Under the pieces are notes generated by a model, which made no database searches, was not told the DNA's origin, and saw nothing but the letters and a program-made list of their open reading frames with translations. Below, piece by piece: positions 19,730 through 31,499 of a DNA stretch of 35,553 nucleotides. A program made the position numbers and the translations under genes. The stretch lies in the NCBI GenBank assembly GCA_032718475.1, contig JAUCBJ010006286.1, forward strand, positions 1 through 35,553. Direction: 5' to 3'. Position 1 is the first letter of the stretch, and every line of letters begins with the position of its first letter. This DNA is from Nemertoderma westbladi (Eukaryota; Animalia; Xenacoelomorpha).

Positions 19730-22700
19730 GGTCAGAATAGGAGGAAGGTCAGAATATGAGGAAGGTCAGAATATGAGGAAGGTCAGAATAGGAGGAAGGT
19801 GAGAATAGGAGGACGGTCAGAATAGGAGGAAGGTCAGAAAAGGAGGAAGGTCAGAATAAGAGGAAGGTCAGAATAGGAGGAAGGTCAGAATAGGAGGAAG
19901 GTCAGAATAGAAGGAAGGTCAGAATAGGAGGAAGGTCAGAATAGGAGGAAGGTCAGAATAGGAGGAAGGTCAGAATAGAAGGAAAGTCAGAATAGGAGGA
20001 AGGTCAGAATAGAAGGAAGGTCAGAATAGGAGGAAGGTCAGAATAGGAGGAAGGTCAGAATAGGAGGAAGGTCAGAATAGAAGGAAAGTCAGAATAGGAG
20101 GAAGGTCAGAATAGGAGGAAGGTCAGAATAGGAGGAAGGTCAGAATAGGAGGAAGGTCAGAATAGGAGGAAGGTCAGAATAGGAGGAAGGACAGAATAGG
20201 AGGAAGGTCAGAATAGGAGGAAGGTCAGAATAGAAGGAAAGTCAGAATAGGAGGAAGGTCAGAATAGAAGGAAGGTCAGAATAGGAGGAAGGTCAGAATA
20301 GGAGGAAGGTCAGAATAGGAGGAAGGTCAGAATAGGAGGAAGGTCAGAATAGGAGGAAGGACAGAATAGGAGGAAGGTAAGAATAGGAGGAAGGTCAGAA
20401 TAGAAGGAAGGTCAGAATAGGAGGAAGGTCAGAATAGGAGGAAGGTCAGAATAGGAGGAAGGTCAGAATAGGAGGAAGGACAGAATAGGAGGAAGGACAG
20501 AATAGGAGGAAGGTAAGAATAGGAGGAAGGTAAGAGTAGGAGGAAGGTAAGAATAGGAGGAAGGTCAGAATAGGAGGAAGGTCAGAATAGGAGGAAGGTC
20601 AGAATAGGAGGAAGGTCAGAATAGAAGGAAGGTCAGAATAGGAGGAAGGTCAGAATAGGAGGAAGGTCAGAATAGGAGGAAGGTCAGAATAGAAGGAAAG
20701 TCAGAATAGGAGGAAGGTCAGAATAGAAGGAAGGTCAGAATAGGAGGAAGGTCAGAATAGGAGGAAGGTCAGAATAGGAGGAAGGTCAGAATAGGAGGAA
20801 GGTCAGAATAGGAGGAAGGTCAGAATAGGAGGAAGGTCAGAATAGGAGGAAGGTCAGAATAGGAGGAAGGTCAGAATAGAAGGAAGGTCAGAATAGGAGG
20901 AAGGTCAGAATAGGAGGAAGGTCAGAATAGGAGGAAGGTCAGAATAGAAGGAAAGTCAGAATAGAAGGAAGGTCAGAATAGAAGGAAGGTCAGAATAGGA
21001 GGAAGGTCAGAATAGGAGGAAGGTCAGAATAGGAGGAAGGTCAGAATAGGAGGAAGGTCAGAATAGGAGGAAGGACAGAATAGGAGGAAGGTAAGAATAG
21101 GAGGAAGGTAAGAGTAGGAGGAAGGTAAGAATAGGAGGAAGGTCAGAATAGGAGGAAGGTCAGAATAGGAGGAAGGTAAGAGTAGGAGGAAGGTAAGAAT
21201 AGGAGGAAGATAAGAGTAGGAGGAAGGTAAGAATAGGAGGAAGGTCAGAAAAGGAGGAAGGTCAGAATAAGAGGAAGGTCAGAATAGGAGGAAGGTCAGA
21301 ATAGGAGGTAGGTCAGAATATGAGGTAGGTCAGAATAGGAGGAAGGTCAGAAAAGGAGGAAGGTCAGAATAAGAGGAAGGTCAGAATAGGAGGAAGGTCA
21401 GAATAAGAGGTAGGTCAGAATATGAGGAAGGTCAGAATAGGAGGAAGGTCAGAATAGGAGGAAGGTCAGAATAGGAGGTAGGTCAGAATAAGAGGTAGGT
21501 CAGAATATGAGGAAGGTCAGAATAGGAGGAAGGTCAGAATAGGAGGAAGGTCAGAATAGGAGGAAGGTCAGAATAGGAGGAAGGACAGAATAGGAGGAAG
21601 GTCAGAAAAGGAGGAAGGTCAGAATAGGAGGAAGGTCAGAATAGAAGGAAGGTCAGAATAGGAGGAAGGTCAGAATAGGAGGAAGGTCAGAATAGGAGGA
21701 AGGTCAGAATAGGAGGAAGGTCAGAATAGGAGGAAGGTCAGAATAGGAGGAAGGTCAGAATAGGAGGAAGGACAGAATAGGAGGAAGGTCAGAAAAGGAG
21801 GAAGGTCAGAATAGGAGGAAGGTCAGAATAGGAGGAAGGTCAGAATAGGAGGAAGGTCAGAATAGGATGAAGGTCAGAATAGGAGGAAGGTAAGAGTAGG
21901 AGGAAGGTAAGAATAGGAGGAAGGTAAGAGTAGGAGGAAGGTAAGAATAGGAGGAAGGTCAGAATAGGAGGAAGGTCAGAATAGGAGGAAGGTAAGAGTA
22001 GGAGGAAGGTAAGAATAGGAGGAAGGTAAGAGTAGGAGGAAGGTAAGAATAGGAGGAAGGACAGAATAGGAGGAAGGTAAGAGTAGGAGGAAGGTAAGAA
22101 TAGGAGGAAAGTCAGAATAGGAGGAAGGTCAGAATAGAAGGAAGTTCAGAATAGGAGGAAGGTCAGAATAGGAGGAAGGTCAGAATAGGAGGAAGGACAG
22201 AATAGGAGGAAGGTCAGAATAGGAGGAAGGTCAGAATAGGAGGAAGGTCAGAATAGGAGGAAGGACAGAATAGGAGGAAGGTCAGTATAGGAAGAAGGTC
22301 AGAATAGGAGGAAGGTCAGAATAGGAGGAAGGTCAGAATAGGAGGAAGGACAGAATAGGAGGAAGGTAAGAATAGGAGGAAGGTAAGAGTAGGAGGAAGG
22401 TAAGAATAGGAGGAAGGTCAGAATAGGAGGAAGGTCAGAATAGGAGGAAGGTCAGAATAGGAGGAAGGTCAGAATAGGAGGTAGGTCAGAATAAGAGGTA
22501 GGTCAGAATATGAGGAAGGTCAGAATAGGAGGTAGGTCAGAATAGAAGGAAAGTCAGAATAGGAGGAAGGTCAGAATAGGAGGAAGGACAGAATAGGAGG
22601 AAGGTCAGAAAAGGAGGAAGGTCAGAATAGGAGGAAGGTCAGAATAGGAGGAAGGTCAGAATAGGAGGAAGGTCAGAATAGGAGGAAGGTCAGAATAGGA

Positions 22701-25700
22701 GGAAGGTCAGAATAGGAGGAAGGTCAGAATAGGAGGAAGGTCAGAATAGGAGGAAGGTCAGAATAGGAGGAAGGACAGAATAGGAGGAAGGTCAGAAAAG
22801 GAGGAAGGTCAGAATAGGAGGAAGGTCAGAATAGGAGGAAGGTCAGAATAGGAGGAAGGTCAGAATAGGATGAAGGTCAGAATAGGAGGAAGGTAAGAGT
22901 AGGAGGAAGGTAAGAATAGGAGGAAGGTAAGAGTAGGAGGAAGGTAAGAATAGGAGGAAGGTCAGAATAGGAGGAAGGTCAGAATAGGAGGAAGGTAAGA
23001 GTAGGAGGAAGGTAAGAATAGGAGGAAGGTAAGAGTAGGAGGAAGGTAAGAATAGGAGGAAGGACAGAATAGGAGGAAGGTAAGAGTAGGAGGAAGGTAA
23101 GAATAGGAGGAAAGTCAGAATAGGAGGAAGGTCAGAATAGAAGGAAGTTCAGAATAGGAGGAAGGTCAGAATAGGAGGAAGGTCAGAATAGGAGGAAGGA
23201 CAGAATAGGAGGAAGGTCAGAATAGGAGGAAGGTCAGAATAGGAGGAAGGTCAGAATAGGAGGAAGGACAGAATAGGAGGAAGGTCAGTATAGGAAGAAG
23301 GTCAGAATAGAAGGAAGGTCAGAATAGGAGGAAGGTCAGAATAGGAGGAAGGTCAGAATAGGAGGAAGGTGAGAATAGGAGGATGGTCAGAATATGAGAA
23401 AGGTCAGATTATGAGGAAGGTCAGAATAGGAGGAAGGTCAGATAGGAGGAAGGTCAGAATAGGAGGAAGGTCAGAATATGAGGAAGGTCAGAATAGAAGG
23501 AAGGTCAGAATAGAAGGAAAGTCAGAATAGGAGGAAGCTCAGAATAGGAGGAAGGTTAGAATAGGAGGAAGGTCAGAAAATGAGAAAGGTCAGAATAGGA
23601 GGAAGGTCAGATTAGGAGGAAGGTCATAATAGGAGGAAGTTCAGAATATGAGGAAGGTCAGAATAGGAGGAAGGACAGAATAGGAGGAAGGTAAGAATAG
23701 GAGGAAGGTCAGAATAGGAGGACGGTCAGAATATGAGGAAGGTCAGAATAGAAGGAAGCTCAGAATAGGAGGACGGTCAGAATAGGAGGAAGGTAAGAAT
23801 AGAAGGAAGGTCAGAATAGGAGGAAGGTCGGAATAGGAGGAAGGTGAGAATAGGAGGAAGGTCAGAATAGGAGGAAGGTCAGAATAGGAGGAAGGTCAGA
23901 ATAGGAGGAAGGTCGGAATAGGAGGAAGGTGAGAATAGGAGGAAGGTCAGAATAGGAGGAAGGTCAGAATAGGAGGAAGGTCAGAATAGGAGGAAGGTAA
24001 GAATAGGAGGAAGGTCAGAATAGGAGGAAGGACAGAATAGGAGGAAGGTAAGAATAGGAGGAAGGTCAGAATAGGAGGACGGTCGGAATAGGAGGAAGGT
24101 CGGAATAGGAGGAAGGTCGGAATAGGAGGAAGGTAAGAATATGAGGAAGGTCAGAATAGGAGGAAGGACAGAATAGGAGGAAGGTAAGAATAGGAGGAAG
24201 GTCAGAATAGGAGGACGGTCGGAATAGGAGGAAGGTCGGAATAGGAGGAAGGTCGGAATAGGAGGAAGGTAAGAATAGAAGGAAGGTCAGAATAGGAGGA
24301 AGGTCGGAATAGGAGGAAGGTGAGAATAGGAGGAAGGTCAGAATAGGAGGAAGGTCAGAATAGGAGGAAGGTCAGAATAGGAGGAAGGTCAGAATAGGAG
24401 GAAGGTAAGAGTAGGAGGAAGGTAAGAGTAGGAGGAAGGTAAGAGTAGGAGGAAGGTAAGAATAGGAGGAAGGTCAGAATAGGAGGAAGGACAGAATAGG
24501 AGGAAGGTAAGAATAGGAGGAAGGTCAGAATAGGAGGACGGTCAGAATATGAGGAAGGTCAGAATAGAAGGAAGCTCAGAATAGGAGGACGGTCGGAATA
24601 GGAGGAAGTTCAGAATAGGAGGAAGGTAAGAGTAGGAGGAAGGTAAGAATAGGAGGAAGGTCAGAATAGGAGGAAGGTCAGAATAGGAGGAAGGTAAGAG
24701 TAGGAGGAAGGTAAGAATAGGAGGAAGTCAGAATAGGAGGAAGGTCAGAATATAAGGTAGGTCAGAATAGGAGGAAGGTCAGAATAGGAGGAAGGTCAGA
24801 ATAGGAGGAAGGTCAGAATAGGAGGAAGGTCAGAATAGGAGGAAGGTCAGAATAGGAGGAAGGTGAGAATAGGAGGAGGGTCAGAATAGGAGGAAGGTCA
24901 GAATAGGAGGAAGGTCAGAATAGGAGGAGGGTCAGAATAGAAGGAAAGTCAGAATATGATGAAGGTCAGAATAGAAGGAAGCTCAGAATAGGAGGAAGGT
25001 CAGAATAGGAGGAAGGTCAGAATAGGAGGAAGGTCAGAATAGGAGGAAGGTCAGAATAGGAGGAAGGTAAGAGTAGGAGGAAGGTAAGAATAGGAGGAAG
25101 TCAGAATAGGAGGAAGGTCAGAATAGAAGGTAGGTCAGAATAGGAGGAAGGTCAGAATAGGAGGAAGGTCAGAATAGGAGGAAGGTCAGAATAGGAGGAA
25201 GGTCAGAATAGGAGGAAGGTAAGAGTAGGAGGAAGGTAAGAATAGGAGGAAGGTCAGAATAGGAGGAAGGTAAGAGTAGGAGGAAGGTAAGAATAGGAGG
25301 AAAGTCAGAATAGGAGGAAGGTCAGAATAGGAGGAAGGTCAGAATAGGAGGAAGGACAGAATAGGAGGAAGGTAAGAATAGGAGGAAGGTCAGAATAGGA
25401 GGAAGGTAAGAGTAGGAGGAAGGTAAGAATAGGAGGAAGGTCAGAATAGGAGGAAGGTCAGAATAGGATGAAGGTCAGAATAGGAGGAAGGTAAGAGTAG
25501 TAGGAAGGTAAGAATAGGAGGAAGGTCAGAATAGGAGGAAGGTCAGAATAGGAGGAAGGTCAGAATAGGAGGAAGGTCAGAATAGGATGAAGGTCAGAAT
25601 AGGAGGAAGGTAAGAGTAGTAGGAAGGTAAGAATAGGAGGAAGGTCAGAATAGGAGGAAGGTCAGAATAGGAGGAAGGTAAGAGTAGGAGGAAGGTAAGA

Positions 25701-28700
25701 ATAGGAGGAAGTCAGAATAGGAGGAAGGTCAGAATAGGAGGAAGGTAAGAGTAGGAGGAAGGTAAGAATAGGAGGAAGGTCAGAATAGGAGGAAGGTCAG
25801 AATAGGAGGAAGGTCAGAATAGGAGGAAGGTAAGAGTAGGAGGAAGGTAAGAATAGGAGGAAGGTCAGAATAGGAGGAAGGTCAGAATAGGAGGAAGGTA
25901 AGAGTAGGAGGAAGGTAAGAATAGGAGGAAGGTCAGAATAGGAGGAAGGTCAGAATAAGAGGAAGGTAAGAGTAGGAGGAAGGTAAGAATAGGAGGAAGG
26001 TCAGAATAGGAGGAAGGTCAGAATAGGAGGAAGGTAAGAGTAGGAGGAAGGTAAGAATAGGAGGAAGTCAGAATAGGAGGAAGGTCAGAATAGAAGGTAG
26101 GTCAGAATAGGAGGAAGGTCAGAATAGGAGGAAGGTCAGAATAGGAGGAAGGTCAGAATAGGAGGAAGGTCAGAATAGGAGGAAGGTCAGAATAGGAGGA
26201 AGGTAAGAGTAGGAGGAAGGTAAGAATAGGAGGAAGGTCAGAATAGGAGGAAGGTAAGAATAGGAGGAAGGTCAGAATAGGAGGAAGGTCAGAATAGGAG
26301 GAAGGTAAGAGTAGGAGGAAGGTAAGAATAGGAGGAAGGTCAGAATAGGAGGAAGGTCAGAATAGGAGGAAGGTAAGAGTAGGAGGAAGGTAAGAATAGG
26401 AGGAAGTCAGAATAGGAGGAAGGTCAGAATAGAAGGTAGGTCAGAATAGGAGGAAGGTCAGAATAGGAGGAAGGTCAGAATAGGAGGAAGGTCAGAATAG
26501 GAGGAAGGTCAGAATAGGAGGAAGGTCAGAATAGGAGGAAGGTCAGAATAGGAGGAAGGTAAGAGTAGGAGGAAGGTAAGAATAGGAGGAAGGTCAGAAT
26601 AGGAGGAAGGTCAGAATAGGAGGAAGGTAAGAGTAGGAGGAAGGTAAGAATAGGAGGAAGTCAGAATAGGAGGAAGGTCAGAATAGAAGGTAGGTCAAAA
26701 TAGGAGGAAGGTAAGAGTAGGAGGAAGGTAAGAATAGGAGGAAGGTCAGAATAGGAGGAAGGTCAGAATAGGAGGAAGGTCAGAATAGGAGGAAGGTCAG
26801 AATAGGAGGAAGGTAAGAGTAGGAGGAAGGTAAGAATAGGAGGAAGGTCAGAATAGGAGGAAGGTCAGAATAGGAGGAAGGTAAGAGTAGGAGGAAGGTA
26901 AGAATAGGAGGAAGTCAGAATAGGAGGAAGGTCAGAATAGAAGGTAGGTCAGAATAGGAGGAAGGTCAGAATAGGAGGAAGGTCAGAATAGGAGGAAGGT
27001 CAGAATAGGAGGAAGGTCAGAATAGGAGGAAGGTCAGAATAGGAGGAAGGTCAGAGTAGGAGGAAGGTAAGAATAGGAGGAAGTCAGAATAGGAGGAAGG
27101 TCAGAATATGAGGAAGGTCAGAATAGAAGGAAGGTCAGAATAGGAGGAAGGTCAGAATAGGAGGAAGGTCAGAATAGGAGGAAGGTAAGAATAGAAGGAA
27201 GGTCAGAATAGGAGGAAGGTCGGAATAGGAGGAAGGTCAGAATATGAGGAAGGTCAGAATAGGAGGAAGGTGAGAATAGGAGGACGGTCAGAATATGAGA
27301 AAGGTCAGATTATGAGGAAGGTCAGAATAGGAGGAAGGTCAGATTAGGAGGAAGGTCAGAATAGGAGGAAGGTCAGAATATGAGGATGGTCAGAATAGAA
27401 GGAAGGTCAGAATAAAAGGAAAGTCAGAATAGGAGGAAGCTCAGAATAGGAGGAAGGTTAGAATAGGAGGAAGGTCAGAATAGGAGGAAGGTCAGAATAG
27501 GAGGAAGGTCAGAATAGAAGGAAGGTCAGAATAGGAGGAAGGTTAGAATAGGAGGAATGTCAGAATAGGAGGAAGGTCAGAATAGGAGGAAGGTCAGAAT
27601 AGAAGGAAGGTCGGAATAGGAGGAAGGTCAGAATAGGAGGAAGGTCAGAATAGAAGGAAGGTCAGAATAGGAGGAAGGTCAGAATAGGAGGAAGGACAGA
27701 ATAGAAGGAAGGTCAGAATAGAAGGAAAGTCAGAATAGGAGGAAAGTCAGAATAGGAGGAAGCTCAGAGTAGGAGGAAGGTAAGAATAGGAGGAAGGTCA
27801 GAATAGGAGGAAGGTCAGAATAGGAGGAAGGTCAGAATAGGAGGAAGGTCAGAATAGGAGGAAGGTCAGAATAGGAGGAAGGTCAGAATAGGAGGAAGAT
27901 CAGAATAGGAGGAAGGTCAGAATAGGAGGAAGGTAAGAGTAGGAGGAAGGTAAGAATAGGAGGAAGGTCAGAATAGGAGGAAGGTCAGAATAGGAGGAAG
28001 GTCAGAATAGGAGGAAGGTCAGAATAGGAGGAAGGTCAGAATAGGAGGAAGGTCAGAATAGGAGGAAGATCAGAATAGGAGGAAGGTCAGAATAGGAGGA
28101 AGGTAAGAGTAGGAGGAAGGTAAGAATAGGAGGAAGTCAGAATAGGAGGAAGGTCAGAATAGAAGGTAGGTCAGAATAGGAGGAAGGTCAGAATAGGAGG
28201 AAGGTTAGAATAGGAGGAAGGTAAGAGTAGGAGGAAGGTAAGAATAGGAGGAAGGTCAGAATAGGAGGAAGGTCAGAATAGGAGGAAGGTAAGAGTAGGA
28301 GGAAGGTAAGAATAGGAGGAAGTCAGAATAGGAGGAAGGTCAGAATATGAGGAAGGTCAGAATAGAAGGAAGGTCAGAATAGGAGGAATGTCAGAATAGA
28401 AGGAAGGTCAGAATAGGAGGAAGGTAAGAATAGAAGGAAGGTCAGAATAGGAGGAAGGTCGGAATAGGAGGAAGGTCAGAATATGAGGAAGGTCAGAATA
28501 GGAGGAAGGTGAGAATATGAGGAAGGTCAGAATAGGAGGAAGGTGAGAATAGGAGGACGGTCAGAATATGAGAAAGGTCAGATTATGAGGAAGGTCAGAA
28601 TAGGAGGAAGGTCAGAATATGAGGATGGTCAGAATAGAAGGAAGGTCAGAATAGGAGAAGGTCAGAATAGGAGAAGGACAGAATAGAAGGAAGGTCAGAA

Positions 28701-31499
28701 TAGAAGGAAAGTCAGAATAGGAGGAAAGTCAGAATAGGAGGAAGCTCAGAATAGGAGGAAGGTCAGAATATGAGGAAGGTCAGAATATGAGAAAGGTCAG
28801 AATAGGAGGAAGGTCAGATTAGGAGGAAGGTCAGATTAGGAGGAAGGTCAGAATAGGAGGAAGGTCAGAATAGGAGGAAGGTCAGAATAGGAGGAAGGTC
28901 AGAATAGGAGGAAGTCAGAATAGAAGGAAGGACAGAATAGGAGGAAGGTCAGAATAGAAGGAAGGTCAGAATAGGAGGAAGGTAAGAGTAGGAGGAAGGT
29001 AAGAATAGGAGGAAGGTCAGAATAGGAGGAAGGTCAGAATAGGAGGAAGGTCAGAATAGGAGGAAGGTCAGAATAGGAGGAAGGTCAGAATAGGAGGAAG
29101 GTCAGAATAGGAGGAAGATCAGAATAGGAGGAAGGTCAGAATAGGAGGAAGGTAAGAGTAGGAGGAAGGTAAGAATAGGAGGAAGTCAGAATAGGAGGAA
29201 GGTCAGAATAGAAGGTAGGTCAGAATAGGAGGAAGGTCAGAATAGGAGGAAGGTCAGAATAGGAGGAAGGTAAGAGTAGGAGGAAGGTAAGAATAGGAGG
29301 AAGGTCAGAATAGGAGGAAGGTCAGAATAGGAGGAAGATAAGAGTAGGAGGAAGGTAAGAATAGGAGGAAGTCAGAATAGGAGGAAGGTCAGAATATGAG
29401 GAAGGTCAGAATAGAAGGAAGGTCAGAATAGGAGGAAGGTCAGAATAGAAGGAAGGTCAGAATAGGAGGAAGGTAAGAATAGAAGGAAGGTCAGAATAGG
29501 AGGAAGGTCGGAATAGGAGGAAGGTCAGAATATGAGGAAGGTCAGAATAGGAGGAAGGTGAGAATATGAGGAAGGTCAGAATAGGAGGAAGGTGAGAATA
29601 GGAGGACGGTCAGAATATGAGAAAGGTCAGATTATGAGGAAGGTCAGAATAGGAGGAAGGTCAGAATATGAGGATGGTCAGAATAGAAGGAAGGTCAGAA
29701 TAGGAGAAGGTCAGAATAGGAGAAGGACAGAATAGAAGGAAGGTCAGAATAGAAGGAAAGTCAGAATATGAGGAAAGTCAGAATAGGAGGAAGCTCAGAA
29801 TAGGAGGAAGGTCAGAATATGAGGAAGGTCAGAATATGAGAAAGGTCAGAATAGGAGGAAGGTCAGATTAGGAGGAAGGTCAGATTAGGAGGAAGGTCAG
29901 AATAGGAGGAAGGTCAGAATAGGAGGAAGGTCAGAATAGGAGGAAGGTCAGAATAGGAGGAAGTCAGAATAGAAGGAAGGACAGAATAGGAGGAAGGTCA
30001 GAATAGAAGGAAGGTCAGAATAGGAGGACGGTCAGAATAGAAGGAAGGTCAGAATAGGAGGAAGGTCAGAATAGGAGGACGGTCAGAATAGAAGGAAGTT
30101 CAGAATAGGAGGAAGGTCAGAATATGAGGAAGGTCAGAATATGAGAAAGGTCAGAATAGGAGGAAGGTCAGATTAGGAGGAAAGTCAGAATAGGAGGAAG
30201 CTCAGAATAGGAGGAAGGTCAGAATATGAGGAAGGTCAGAATATGAGAAAGGTCAGAATAGGAGGAAGGTCAGATTAGGAGGAAGGTCAGATTAGGAGGA
30301 AGGTCAGAATAGGAGGAAGGTCAGAATAGGAGGAAGGTCAGAATAGGAGGAAGGTCAGAATAGGAGGAAGTCAGAATAGAAGGAAGGACAGAATAGGAGG
30401 AAGGTCAGAATAGAAGGAAGGTCAGAATAGGAGGACGGTCAGAATATGAGAAAGGTCAGAATAGGAGGAAGGTCAGAATAGGAGGAAGGTCAGAATAGGA
30501 GGAAGGTCAGAATAGGAGGAAGTCAGAATAGAAGGAAGGACAGAATATGAGAAAGGTCAGATTAGGAGGAAGGTCAGAATAGGAGGAAGGTCAGAATAGG
30601 AGGAAGGTCAGAATAGAAGGAAGGTCAGAATAGGAGGACGGTCAGATTAGGAGGAAGGTCAGAATAGGAGGAAGGTCAGAATAGGAGGAAGGTCAGAATA
30701 GGAGGAAGGTCAGAATAGAAGGAAGGTCAGAATAGGAGGAAGGTAAGAATAGGAGGAAGGTCAGAATAGGAGGAAGGTCAGAATAGGAGGAAGGTCAGAA
30801 TAGGAGGAAGGACAGAATAGGAGGAAGGTCAGAATAGAAGGAAGGTCAGAATAGGAGGACGGTCAGAATATGAGAAAGGTCAGATTATGAGGAAGGTCAG
30901 AATAGGAGGAAGGTCAGATTAGGAGGAAGGTCAGAATAGGAGGAAGGTCAGAAAAGGAGGAAGGTCAGAATAGGAGGAAGGTCAGAATAAGAGGTAGGTC
31001 AGAATATGAGGAAGGTCAGAATAGGAGGAAGGTCAGAATAGGAGGAAGGTCAGAATAGGAGGAAGGTCAGAATAGGAGGAAGGTCAGAATATGAGGAAGG
31101 TCAGAATAGGAGGAAGCTCAGATTAGGAGGAAGGTCAGAATAGGAGGAAGGTCAGAAAAGGAGGTAGGTCAGAATATGAGGAAGGTCAGAATAGGAGGAA
31201 GGACAAAATAGGAGGAAGGTCAGAATAGGAGGAAGGTCAGAATAGGAGGAAGGTCAGAATAGGAGGAAGGACAGAATAGGAGGAAGGTCAGAATAGGAGG
31301 AAGCTCAGATTAGGAGGAAGGTCAGAATAGGAGGAAGGTCAGAAAAGGAGGTAGGTCAGAATATGAGGAAGGTCAGAATAGGAGGAAGGACAGAATAGGA
31401 GGAAGGTCAGAATAGGAGGAAGGTCAGAATAGGAGGAAGGTCAGAATAGGAGGAAGGACAGAATAGGAGGAAGGTCAGAATAGGAGGATGGTCAGAATA
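19730..31499. repeat. Satellite/minisatellite array of ~690 copies of the 17-mer GGTCAGAATAGGAGGAA
   Basis: Continuous head-to-tail array of ~11.8 kb with point variants and occasional 16-bp units. It has stop codons in all six frames. Confidence 0.98.

Noticed and set aside
19730-31499. CRISPR array, coding repeat or Shine-Dalgarno (AGGAGG) array
   Set aside because: There are no unique spacers, stops occur in all six frames, and the context is eukaryotic.
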